This document shows, one piece after another, positions 37,157-46,422 of a DNA stretch of 64,000 bases. Source of the DNA: Desulfuromonadales bacterium. GTDB lineage: Bacteria > Desulfobacterota > Desulfuromonadia > Desulfuromonadales > JACZKF01. The position numbers were made by a program, and so were the translations under genes. The stretch covers positions 13,998 through 77,997 of the forward strand of contig JBAYQP010000007.1 in NCBI GenBank assembly GCA_041677125.1, read 5' to 3'. The stretch's first letter is position 1, and each line of letters begins with the position of its first letter. Below the pieces are notes generated by a model, which worked only from the letters and a program-made list of their open reading frames with translations, was not told where the DNA came from and did no database searches.

Positions 37157-38315
37157 ATACGGTTTTGTCATGGTTTGGCTTCTGCTCTTCGCGATTCCCT
37201 GGGAGAATGTCCTCGTCATCCCCGGGTTCGGTACGGTCAGTCGGGTGGCGGGATTCGCCGCCATTGGTGCGGCTATGTTGTCGATTTTTATCGGCGGTAA
37301 AAAGCTAAGGTTTCACAATTTTCATCTGGCGATGGTCCTTTTCATCTTCCTCATCGGATTGTCCTACTTCTGGAGTATCGACCCAGAGAATGGCCTTAAG
37401 GGCATTATGACGTTTATCCAACTCCTGGCTATGAGTTGGTTGATTTTTCAATCGGCTATTAGTGAAGAAAGGGTCCGATCTTTAATGACCGCCTATGTAG
37501 CGGGGGCTTACGTTACCGTCGGAACCATTTTAAACGGGCTTTTTTCGGCCGACCACTGGAAGCGATTTGGCGCCGAAGGATTCAACCCCAACGATACTGC
37601 GATCATTCTCGCCCTCGGTATTCCGATGGCTTGGTATCTGGCCGAAAAAATGGGGCGCGGCATTATGGCCAGCAGCCTCTATTTCTATCCGTTCTTTGCC
37701 CTAACCGGCATTCTCCTGACAGCCTCTCGAAACGGGCTGCTGGCGGCAGTCCTTGCTTTTCTCTTCATTCTGTTCAGTCTTGCCCGCCGTTCCATGTGGA
37801 AGAATTTTGTCTTTGCCGTTGTTGCCACTGCGACGGTCGCTATCGGCTTTTCAATTGTTCCGGAGGCCTCCCTGATGCGTCTGGGCACCTTTGGCGATTC
37901 GTTGGCAAGGGGAATGAATTCGCGTTGGGAAATTTGGCAGACAGGCTTCCAGATGTTTGGAGAACGTCCGATTTTGGGTTGGGGAATCGCCTCCTTTCGA
38001 ACGGCGATTGAACCGTATTACGGGACAATGGCCGCCCCGCACAATGTTTATCTTTCGATTCTGGTGGAACAGGGCATTGTTGGGTTCGCTGCCTTTTGCC
38101 TCATCCTTGGCGTAGTCTTCTTTTCCTTGCCGGAGTTGCCGAGCGCAGAGCGCGCCCTCTGGATCGTCCTTCTTGGGATTTGGTGCATCTGCGCCTTTGC
38201 CCTGAACTGGGAATGGCGCAAACAGACCTGGTTTTTGCTTACCCTTGCCATAACGCATGCAACGGCATTTGCCCCGGCAGCCCCGCAGATAGAAAAACGG
38301 GTTGTCACGGTATGA
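37149..38315 (+). CDS. O-antigen ligase/polymerase (Wzy-like) family membrane protein
   Basis: 388 aa with about ten hydrophobic segments and a Wzy_C-like region SRNGLLAAVLAFLF. The start overlaps the upstream stop (ATGGGTAA). Confidence 0.75.
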   Translation: MGKYGFVMVWLLLFAIPWENVLVIPGFGTVSRVAGFAAIGAAMLSIFIGGKKLRFHNFHLAMVLFIFLIGLSYFWSIDPENGLKGIMTFIQLLAMSWLIFQSAISEERVRSLMTAYVAGAYVTVGTILNGLFSADHWKRFGAEGFNPNDTAIILALGIPMAWYLAEKMGRGIMASSLYFYPFFALTGILLTASRNGLLAAVLAFLFILFSLARRSMWKNFVFAVVATATVAIGFSIVPEASLMRLGTFGDSLARGMNSRWEIWQTGFQMFGERPILGWGIASFRTAIEPYYGTMAAPHNVYLSILVEQGIVGFAAFCLILGVVFFSLPELPSAERALWIVLLGIWCICAFALNWEWRKQTWFLLTLAITHATAFAPAAPQIEKRVVTV

Positions 38316-39436
38316 GCAGGATTACCTTTATTATCCCGAGCCTGGGATTTGGCGGCGCCCAGAACATGCTTGCAAAGGTTCTTTCTCGTCTGGCGCCGGA
38401 ATTTGTCCCCGAGGTGATCTCCCTGAGCGGGCAGCCCCAGGACGCCGAACGTCTTCAGTATTCGGGGGCGCCCCTTCGTTACCTGAGGATGTCTCGTAAT
38501 CTCCCGGATCCCCGGAAGTTAATTACCCTTGCGAACTGGATTCGCTCATCGAAGCCGGATCTGGTCCATACCTGGATGTATCACGCCGATCTTCTCGGCG
38601 GCCTGGCTGCCCGTTTTGCTGGGATCCCTGTTCTCTGGAATATCCGACATGGCGGACCTGGGCCACAGGACAAGCGGTTAACCAGATGGACAATTCATCT
38701 TTGTGCCCAACTGTCCCGCCGGGTGCCGCGCCGGATCGTTTGTTGCGCCGAGGCGGCAATGAAGTCTCATGTGGCGCTTGGTTACGACGGGTCCCGCATG
38801 TGCGTTATTCCCAACGGTTTTGAGATCGAAAGATTTCGGCCAGACCCGAATATGCGACAGCAGATTCGCAGGGAACTGAACATTCCGGATGATGTTGTCG
38901 TCGTTGGGCTGGTCGGTCGTTATCACCCGATCAAGGATCATGAAAATTTTATGCAGGCTGCGGCGATGCTGTTGAGAAATGGGCGAAAGGCTGTGTTTTT
39001 GCTGGCAGGTGAAGGGGTCGACCGGGACAATCCAATCATAGTGGAGCAAATCGCGGGAATGGATCATCGATCTTTCTTCCTTCTCGGCAGGCGCGACGAT
39101 ATTCCCAGATTAACGGCGGCTTTCGACATTGCCGTATCCGCATCCCGAGGCGAGGCGTTTTCCAACACGATCGGCGAAGCGATGGCTTGTGCAATTCCTT
39201 GCACCGTCACAGATGTCGGTGACTCGGCCATGGTTGTTGGCGACACCGGACGTGTTGTGCCGCCGGGTGAGCCTGCCCAATTGGCGGCGGCGTTGGAGGG
39301 TTTGATCACTCTTGGGCCGGAGGGCCGCAAGGCTCTCGGCCTGCGGGCGCGGCAGCGAATCATCGATAACTTTACCCTGGAGCAGGTCGTCTCCAGGTAT
39401 GAACAATTGTATGCGCATGTTTTGGCGCAAAATTAG
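38312..39436 (+). CDS. Glycosyltransferase family 4 (GT-B)
   Basis: Start at MSRITFIIPSLGFGGAQN (ATGA overlap with the Wzy stop). The EX7E region is SASRGEAFSNTIGEAMACAIPCTVTD. Confidence 0.85.
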   Translation: MSRITFIIPSLGFGGAQNMLAKVLSRLAPEFVPEVISLSGQPQDAERLQYSGAPLRYLRMSRNLPDPRKLITLANWIRSSKPDLVHTWMYHADLLGGLAARFAGIPVLWNIRHGGPGPQDKRLTRWTIHLCAQLSRRVPRRIVCCAEAAMKSHVALGYDGSRMCVIPNGFEIERFRPDPNMRQQIRRELNIPDDVVVVGLVGRYHPIKDHENFMQAAAMLLRNGRKAVFLLAGEGVDRDNPIIVEQIAGMDHRSFFLLGRRDDIPRLTAAFDIAVSASRGEAFSNTIGEAMACAIPCTVTDVGDSAMVVGDTGRVVPPGEPAQLAAALEGLITLGPEGRKALGLRARQRIIDNFTLEQVVSRYEQLYAHVLAQN

Positions 39437-39495
39437 GCGCACCGTGGGGCGACGGCAAATCTACAGCGCTATCGACGTATTGGGAATCTTGGGCA

Positions 39496-41058
39496 ATGAC
39501 TGAAATCGGCAAACGGCAGGTTCCTCGCAACCTGCTGATGAACATTTTGTCCTTTGGCGTCAATATCGGAGCGGGTCTCTGGTTGGTGCCGTACCTCATC
39601 GGCCATCTCGGGACGGCTGCCTACGGTCTCGTGCCGCTGGCCATGGTATTTACGCAATTCGTCAGCGTCATCACGCAATCCTTTAACGTAGCAACCGGTA
39701 GATCCCTGACTCTTTGCATTCAGGGGAAGAACCAAGGCGGGGCGACGGCCGTGTTCAACACGTCACTTCTCGTGGCGCTTGGCTTCGTCACAGTTCAGGC
39801 CTTGGTCTGCGTTGTTATATTGCTCAACCTTGGATATGCGGTTCAGATTCCCGCCGGGCTTTATCGGGACTGCTTATGGTTGTTCGGATTCACCTTTGCC
39901 GGATTCTTGTTTTCACTGATAGGCTCGGTTTTCTCTATATCGATGTATTCCCATAATCGGGTCGATCTGATGCGATTGAATGATATCGCCCGGATGGTCG
40001 GACGCATTGCCACTATCATCACTCTCTTCCTTTTCTTTGGCCCCGCGCTCATCCATGTAGGGATCGGCAATTTTGTCGGCGGTCTGGTTGGCTTGGCGAT
40101 GAACGCCCATGTCTGGAAGAAACTCACCCCGGAATTGAAAATAAGTTTACGTACGGCGGATCTGGGGCAGTTGCGGCCAATGGCCGTCATGGCGGGATGG
40201 ATTCTGGTAAACCAGCTTGGCTATCTGCTGTTTCTGCGCATCGATACCTATGTCATCAACCGATTCATCGGTCCGGAAGCCTGCGGCGAATATGCGGCGG
40301 TCCAGCAGTGGAATCAGTTGGCTCGAACCACGGCGGGAGTTCTCTCCGGAGCGATAGCGCCGCTGGGGATGATCTACTATGCCCGCGGAGAAATAGGCAA
40401 GCTCGTCCGTATGATGCAGCTCGCAGTCAAGCTGATGGCGCTGGCTATGGCTGCGCCCTTGGCGCTTCTGTGTGTCTTTTCGGGCGAAATCCTCGCGCTC
40501 TGGTTGGGAGAAGGCTTTCGCGGGCTTGGGGCGCTGATGATCCTTCAGCTCTCTCCCCTGGTCGTTAATTTGGGTGTGCTGCCATTGTTCACCATTAACA
40601 CCGCACTGAACCGGGTGAAGTTTCCCGCTATCCTCACCTTCGTTCTGGGGGGCGCGAATCTGCTGCTTGCCATCCTGTTTGCCACCAGGACCAATTGGGG
40701 ATTTTACGGGGTCGCTGCTGCGGGTGTCATCGTACTGACCGTGAAAAACCTTCTTTTTACCCCCTTTTATGCCGCGCACATCCTTGAATTGCCGAAATTC
40801 GCCTTCTTCCGTCCGCTTCTCGGTGGCGCTACGGCTTTTCTGACCCTGTCCGGCCTGGGGGTGGCGGTGCACGGCCTATTGCGGTTCGATAGTTTCCCGG
40901 AAATCGCCCTGGCCCTTTGTTTTATTTGTATCGGGGTGGGGCTGCCCATTGCCTGGCTGGGGCTTTCGTCTGAGGAAAGAGGCCTGTTGGCAGACTTCGC
41001 ACCGACATTCAGCCGTAAATTCGCCAGAAGAGCTTTGCTTGTCAGAACTGCGAAATAA
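39496..41058 (+). CDS. Oligosaccharide flippase (Wzx / MOP superfamily)
   Basis: 520 aa, polytopic, with a typical polysaccharide-biosynthesis-protein N-terminus NLLMNILSFGVNIGAGLWLVPYLIGHLGTAAYGL. Confidence 0.8.
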   Translation: MTEIGKRQVPRNLLMNILSFGVNIGAGLWLVPYLIGHLGTAAYGLVPLAMVFTQFVSVITQSFNVATGRSLTLCIQGKNQGGATAVFNTSLLVALGFVTVQALVCVVILLNLGYAVQIPAGLYRDCLWLFGFTFAGFLFSLIGSVFSISMYSHNRVDLMRLNDIARMVGRIATIITLFLFFGPALIHVGIGNFVGGLVGLAMNAHVWKKLTPELKISLRTADLGQLRPMAVMAGWILVNQLGYLLFLRIDTYVINRFIGPEACGEYAAVQQWNQLARTTAGVLSGAIAPLGMIYYARGEIGKLVRMMQLAVKLMALAMAAPLALLCVFSGEILALWLGEGFRGLGALMILQLSPLVVNLGVLPLFTINTALNRVKFPAILTFVLGGANLLLAILFATRTNWGFYGVAAAGVIVLTVKNLLFTPFYAAHILELPKFAFFRPLLGGATAFLTLSGLGVAVHGLLRFDSFPEIALALCFICIGVGLPIAWLGLSSEERGLLADFAPTFSRKFARRALLVRTAK

Positions 41059-41068
41059 GGACTATTCG

Positions 41069-42217
41069 ATGTCTGAAGTCCACATGAACAAAATATTCGA
41101 AGACGTTCTGCTCGCCGGGTACTACGGACGGCAGAACGTCGGGGACGACTGCTTTGGCGTGATTGGGACCTGGGGCGCAAGAAACTACTGGCATACGGAA
41201 ACTGTTCGTCTGCTGTCTCATTACCCTTTGACGTCCACGGTTGCAACGGTGTCCTGCCTGCCTCCTCGCCCGTCCTTCAAAGGGCAAAATCTTCTTGCGA
41301 CCTGTTATCGGATGCTGAAAGCCGGGGTCGTGGTCTGGGCGGGGGGATCGACCTTTCACTCGCGGCAGGTCTGGCACGCGCCGAAGGCGCTGTCGATGGC
41401 CGCGTCGAAGATCGGTGCGGTTCCCGCCGGAGCCATCGGTGTCTCTCTTGGTCCCTATCGGTCGATAGAAGATGAAAAGGCGGTGCATTCCCAACTCACG
41501 AGCCTGAATTTCCTCGCTCTCCGCGATGCCACCTCTTTTCAGGAGGCCCTGACCCTGGATCTGCCCTATCCGCCGGTATTGGCATCCGATCTGGCCATGC
41601 TGCTTCCGCGCATTAAACCGACGGGCGAGAGCCGGTGGAAAGAGGACATTCTGGGAATTTCGCTCTGTCATTATGAAAGATACGCAGGAAAAAAGATCGC
41701 CAGGGAAGAACAGAGAGAAAACGACCTGCTTCTTGCCTTAACAAGATTGCTCCAAAATGGCTACTCCGGAAAGCTGCGGTTTTTCATCTTCAATGGCCAT
41801 GACCGATATGGCGACGCCGAGATCACCCGGCAATTTCTGCACAAGGTGACACCCTACAGTCGGGACATCGAAGTCGTCCCTTATTCCGCCGATCCGCTTG
41901 ATATCTTCAATAAAGTGGCGGAATGCTCTTTCTTTTTAACGATTCGTCTGCACGGTTGCATTTATGCGGCCGCAGCCAATGTCCCCTGTGTTTCGATTGA
42001 ATATCACAAGAAATGTTCCGACTTTCTCGATGATATCGGCGTCGATCCGCAGTGGCGGGTAGGTGACTTGGACTGTGGGGCCGACCATCTGTCGGATTTG
42101 CTCGGCCGATTGGCCGGTTATAGGGAGGATGGTTTCTACCCAGGTCGCGACCGGCTTATCCACTTGGCCGAGCAGAACTTCCTTGGGCCGGTCCAACACT
42201 ACCGCACAAAGGACTGA
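41069..42217 (+). CDS. Polysaccharide pyruvyl transferase family protein
   Basis: Has the YYGRQNVGDD motif near the N-terminus and the C-terminal ...RLHGCIYAAAANVPCVSIEYHKK pattern. Start at ATG 41069 (or 41084). Confidence 0.7.
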   Translation: MSEVHMNKIFEDVLLAGYYGRQNVGDDCFGVIGTWGARNYWHTETVRLLSHYPLTSTVATVSCLPPRPSFKGQNLLATCYRMLKAGVVVWAGGSTFHSRQVWHAPKALSMAASKIGAVPAGAIGVSLGPYRSIEDEKAVHSQLTSLNFLALRDATSFQEALTLDLPYPPVLASDLAMLLPRIKPTGESRWKEDILGISLCHYERYAGKKIAREEQRENDLLLALTRLLQNGYSGKLRFFIFNGHDRYGDAEITRQFLHKVTPYSRDIEVVPYSADPLDIFNKVAECSFFLTIRLHGCIYAAAANVPCVSIEYHKKCSDFLDDIGVDPQWRVGDLDCGADHLSDLLGRLAGYREDGFYPGRDRLIHLAEQNFLGPVQHYRTKD

Positions 42218-42224
42218 ACGGATC

Positions 42225-43394
42225 ATGCGCATAATACTTATTGGCAATTTGCCGGAATCATTGGTCAATTTTCGTGGCCCCCTCATTGAGCAAATGGTCC
42301 GGCTCGGTCATGAGGTGGTGGCCTGTTCGCCTCCCGCTGCGCAGGAGGTGCAGGTGAAATTGCAGGCTTTGGGCGCAGCTTACCGTCCGGTGCCGTTGTC
42401 GCGGGCCGGCATGAACCCGTTTCATGATTTGAAAAGTTTGTTCGCCCTTTTCCGCCTCTTTCGCCAGGAACGGCCTGATCTTGTTTTAACCTACACAATC
42501 AAGCCGATTGTCTACGGCTCTTTAGGCGCCTCTCTGGCCGGAATTCCTCGAATTGCTTCCATTATTACCGGCCTCGGCTTTTCCTTTTCCGCGGGGGCGG
42601 GTAGAAAGACGCTGGTCAACCGGCTGGTCTGTCTTCTCTACCGCTATGGGCTGAAAAGAAACCAGGTGGTCTTTTTCCAAAATCCGGACGACAGGCAACT
42701 CTTTCAGACTCTGGGTTTGGTAAAGCTTCCGAGCCGAAGCGTCCTGATCAACGGCTCCGGCGTTGATCTGGAACGATATTCCATCGCTCCAATGCCGAAG
42801 AAAACCCAATTCCTGCTGGTCGCCCGGCTAATCCGGGAGAAGGGAATCCGCGAATACTGTGAGGCGGCGAAGCGGGTTAAAGCCAAATACCCGCAGGTCT
42901 GCTTTCGCCTGGTCGGCATGCTCGATAAGAACCCCGAGGCGATTCGGCGGGAAGAAATCGAAGCGTGGGTCGCCCAGGGCAGTGTCGAGTTTCTCGGCTA
43001 TCTCCCCGATGTGCGCCCAGCTATCGCCGATACGTCCATTTATGTACTTCCCTCTTTTTATCGCGAAGGAACGCCACGCTCCACATTGGAAGCGATGGCG
43101 ATGGGCCGTGCCGTCATTACGACCGATGCGCCTGGTTGCCGGGAGACCGTGGTCGAAGGGCGCAACGGCTTTCTCGTCCCGACCCAGAATACGGATGCTT
43201 TGGTCCGGGCCATGGAACGATTCATCCTGGAACCGGATCTGATTCGCACCATGGGGCGGGAGAGTCGCAGGCTGGCCGAGGACAAATTCGATGTGCGGAA
43301 AGTCAACCGCGTCATTCTGGAGAACCTGGGGCTGCTTGATACGGGAAAAGAATATCCAGCTCCGCAACCCGTCCATTCCACAATGCGAGGCTAA
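42225..43394 (+). CDS. Glycosyltransferase family 4 (GT-B)
   Basis: Start at MRIILIGNLPESL. The EX7E region is REGTPRSTLEAMAMGRAVITTD. Confidence 0.85.
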   Translation: MRIILIGNLPESLVNFRGPLIEQMVRLGHEVVACSPPAAQEVQVKLQALGAAYRPVPLSRAGMNPFHDLKSLFALFRLFRQERPDLVLTYTIKPIVYGSLGASLAGIPRIASIITGLGFSFSAGAGRKTLVNRLVCLLYRYGLKRNQVVFFQNPDDRQLFQTLGLVKLPSRSVLINGSGVDLERYSIAPMPKKTQFLLVARLIREKGIREYCEAAKRVKAKYPQVCFRLVGMLDKNPEAIRREEIEAWVAQGSVEFLGYLPDVRPAIADTSIYVLPSFYREGTPRSTLEAMAMGRAVITTDAPGCRETVVEGRNGFLVPTQNTDALVRAMERFILEPDLIRTMGRESRRLAEDKFDVRKVNRVILENLGLLDTGKEYPAPQPVHSTMRG

Positions 43395-43395
43395 C

Positions 43396-44514
43396 ATGCC
43401 GGAAATGCAATCGGAATTTATAAATACGACAGATCGTCGCTGGCGGGCCGTTCTGCAGCGGGTTCCGCATGATTTCTACCAGTTTCCCGAGTACCTCCGT
43501 TTCACCGGGGAAGCCGAAGGGGGCGAACCGCTGGCCTTCTGGGCCGAAGCGGAAGGCAGCGCCTTCTTGCTCCCTCTGCTGCGCCGGAAAATTCCTGAGG
43601 CACTGAACGCGCCTGCGGATTGGCATGATCTGGCCACCCCTTACGGTTACCCAGCCCCTCTGCTGGCCGGCGACGCGGCCCTTTGGCCCCGTTTTCTTTC
43701 CCGGTTTGCGGCATGGGGTCGGGAGCACTCCGGGGTCTGCGCTTTTGTCCGGCTGCATCCACTGCTGGCGCAGCCGGTCTTGCCGGCCGATCCGCTCTTC
43801 GCGCTGCAGAGCCACGGGCAGACGATCTACATGGACCTTGAACCGTCCGCGGAGGACATTTCCAGGCGCATTCGGGAGAATCACCGCCGGGATATCAAGA
43901 AGCTGCGGAAGTCGGGATTCGAAGTGCGGATGGACGACTGGGACGATCTTGGCGAATTCGTCAATCTTTACCACCAGACCATGGAGCGCTTGTCTGCCGA
44001 TTCCTTCTATTTTTTCTCTGGCGATTACTTCCGAGAGCTTAGAAGGGCCTTGCCGCACAATATGCATCTCTGCTCGATCCGGTCCCCTGAGGGCGAACTG
44101 GCCGCTGCCGCCCTGTTCGTCTGCACCAATGGAATCATTGAATACCACCTGGGCGGCACCGCCGGAAAATTTCTGTCCCAAGCTCCTTCCAAACTGATGT
44201 TCGATTTCGTCTGGCGCTGGGGGAAAGAGGCAGGTTTTCGATTCTTTCATCTTGGCGGAGGGCTCGGCGCCAGCAAAGATAGCCTGTTTCGCTTTAAAGA
44301 GGGCTTCTCCAGGCAAAGGGGCGAATTCGCTACCTTGCGCATCATTTTCGACATGGAAAAATATCGATTTCTCGAAAAAGAATGGCAGCAAGGGAGCGCT
44401 CAGCTCGATCATGCCGATTACTTTCCCGCTTACCGTCGACCCGGTCGAGGGGATGAAGTCGAAACGGGGTTCTCATCTTCCTTGACAACTGCGCAAGAGA
44501 TGATATCTGAATAG
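43396..44514 (+). CDS. FemAB-like / GNAT-fold aminoacyl- or acyl-transferase
   Basis: Start 1 nt after the upstream stop. It shows a duplicated GNAT-like architecture with IEYHLGGT ... FFHLGGG ... LFRFKEGFS, as in the FemAB / Acetyltransf_6 family. Confidence 0.6.
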   Translation: MPEMQSEFINTTDRRWRAVLQRVPHDFYQFPEYLRFTGEAEGGEPLAFWAEAEGSAFLLPLLRRKIPEALNAPADWHDLATPYGYPAPLLAGDAALWPRFLSRFAAWGREHSGVCAFVRLHPLLAQPVLPADPLFALQSHGQTIYMDLEPSAEDISRRIRENHRRDIKKLRKSGFEVRMDDWDDLGEFVNLYHQTMERLSADSFYFFSGDYFRELRRALPHNMHLCSIRSPEGELAAAALFVCTNGIIEYHLGGTAGKFLSQAPSKLMFDFVWRWGKEAGFRFFHLGGGLGASKDSLFRFKEGFSRQRGEFATLRIIFDMEKYRFLEKEWQQGSAQLDHADYFPAYRRPGRGDEVETGFSSSLTTAQEMISE

Positions 44515-44677
44515 TCTTCCTGATTGATAAAGATGCCAAAGCCAAACCTTTCGCAAGGGAGGGGCGGAAAGCCACGGGTCTCACCGAGACGGCCGGGCTG
44601 CCAAAAGGATGCATCACCCTGAGGCGGTCCGGCCTTTTTGTGCGCATAAGATTAAAAAAATAAAATTGGAGAATTAG

Positions 44678-45439
44678 ATGAAAATTGCCGTTTTGGTCAA
44701 ATCCGTCCCCGACACGGCCGGCACGCCGGAAATCGGCCCGGATGGGCGCAGCGTCGTTACGGAGCATCTGGAAACCGTCCTCAATCCCTATGACGAGATC
44801 GCCGTTGAGGAGGCGGTGCGGATGAAGGAGGCGCTGGGCGCCGAGGTGGTGGCGGTCGGTCTGGGGGACGAGGCAGCGCGCAAGGCGTTGCGCACCGCTT
44901 TTGCCATGGGCGCGGACGCGGCGGTTCTGGCGCGGCGCCCGGAAGAAGAACCGCTGACGGGAAAGGGCGCGGCGCTCTGCCTGGCGCCGGTCCTGCGGGA
45001 GCTGCGGCCGGACCTGATCCTCGCCGGCAAGCAGGCGGTGGACGATGACGGGGCGCAGGTGGCCGAGCGGGTGGCGGAAATGTTGGGTTACCTGCACGCC
45101 TCGGCAGTGACCCGGCTGGCCAAGGATGGGGCGCAACTGGTCGTTGACCGGGAAATCGAAGGGGGCGCCTTGTCCATGGAATTTCCCTTGCCGGCGGTGC
45201 TCACCGTGGAAAAGGGGCTCAACACGCCGCGCTATCCGACCCTGCCGCAAATCCTCAAGGCCAAACGCAGGGAAATCCGGGAGGTGGCAGTCGACGGTGA
45301 AGGCGTGCGGCCTGGCTGGCGGGTGGACGTCCTGTCTTTGCCGGATACGCAACGAAGGCGGCAAATTTTCCAGGGGACGGTGACGGAGCAAGTCGACAAT
45401 CTGCTCCGGGAAGCGCGGCCATTGGGAGGGCTGTCATGA
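44678..45439 (+). CDS. etfB: Electron transfer flavoprotein, beta subunit
   Basis: Contains MKIAVLVKSVPDT, NPYDEIAVEEAVR and LILAGKQAVDDDGAQV. Confidence 0.9.
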   Translation: MKIAVLVKSVPDTAGTPEIGPDGRSVVTEHLETVLNPYDEIAVEEAVRMKEALGAEVVAVGLGDEAARKALRTAFAMGADAAVLARRPEEEPLTGKGAALCLAPVLRELRPDLILAGKQAVDDDGAQVAERVAEMLGYLHASAVTRLAKDGAQLVVDREIEGGALSMEFPLPAVLTVEKGLNTPRYPTLPQILKAKRREIREVAVDGEGVRPGWRVDVLSLPDTQRRRQIFQGTVTEQVDNLLREARPLGGLS

Positions 45440-46413
45440 GCATACTGGTGCTTCTCGAACCGCGCGGTGAACTGACCTCGTCCTGCCTGAGCACCGTCGC
45501 GGCGGCCGGGCGTCTGGCACGGGATACCGGGGTGGAACTGCACGCCGTCTGGCCCTCGCCGGGAATCCGCGCGCAACTCGGCCGGCTGGCGGGTCTGGGC
45601 ATCCAAACCGTGCATACGGTGCGGGAGGATGTTCTCCCCCCATTCAGCCACGAGGCCTGGATTCCGTTTCTGGCGGACTTGACTCGCTCGCTCGGCGCGC
45701 GCCTGGTGGTCGCTCCGGCCTCGGCCTTGGGCAAAGCGTGGAGCGCCGCCCTGGCGGCCCGTCTCGACGCGGAGCTGGCGCAGGATTGCCTCGGCCTCGA
45801 AGCCGCCGAAGGCGGCGTCCCCACGGTCCGGAAACCTCTTTACGCCGGGAAAATTGTCGCCACTCTGCGGCTCACCGGCGCGCCGGCCCTGGCGACGCTG
45901 CGGGCGGGCGCCGCCCAGGTCGTCAGGGCAGGGGAGCAGACGCCGGAAATCGCCTGGCACGTAGTGCCGCCCCCGGAGTTGCGCTCGGTGGTGCGGGAGT
46001 TGGTGCAGAACGCCGGCGGCGCCATTGAGTTGGGAGAGGCGCGGGTTGTCGTCGCCGGCGGTCGTGGCCTCGGCGGTCCCGACAATTGGCCGGTTTTACG
46101 GGAGTTGTGCGCCACCCTGGGCGCGGCCCTCGGGGCGAGCCGGGCCGCCGTCGATGCCGGCTGGATCCAGCACGCGCACCAAGTCGGCCAAACCGGCCGG
46201 GTGGTCAGCCCCGATCTGTACATCGCCTGCGGCATCTCCGGTTCGATTCAACACCTCGCCGGCATGCGCGGGGCAAAAACGGTGGTCGCCATCAACAAGG
46301 ATCCGGCGGCGGAAATCTTCCAGCATTGCGATTACGGCCTGGTCGGCGATCTGTTGCAGATCGTTCCGGCTTTAACCGCTGCCGTAAAGCAGCGGCAGCG
46401 TCGGGTGGCCTGA
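45436..46413 (+). CDS. etfA: Electron transfer flavoprotein, alpha subunit
   Basis: Has a 4-nt overlap with etfB. The C-terminal FAD-binding region is VVAGGRG...GASRAAVDAGW...QVGQTG..V.PDLYIACGISGSIQH.AG. Confidence 0.9.
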   Translation: MSILVLLEPRGELTSSCLSTVAAAGRLARDTGVELHAVWPSPGIRAQLGRLAGLGIQTVHTVREDVLPPFSHEAWIPFLADLTRSLGARLVVAPASALGKAWSAALAARLDAELAQDCLGLEAAEGGVPTVRKPLYAGKIVATLRLTGAPALATLRAGAAQVVRAGEQTPEIAWHVVPPPELRSVVRELVQNAGGAIELGEARVVVAGGRGLGGPDNWPVLRELCATLGAALGASRAAVDAGWIQHAHQVGQTGRVVSPDLYIACGISGSIQHLAGMRGAKTVVAINKDPAAEIFQHCDYGLVGDLLQIVPALTAAVKQRQRRVA

Positions 46414-46422
46414 GGAAATTCG

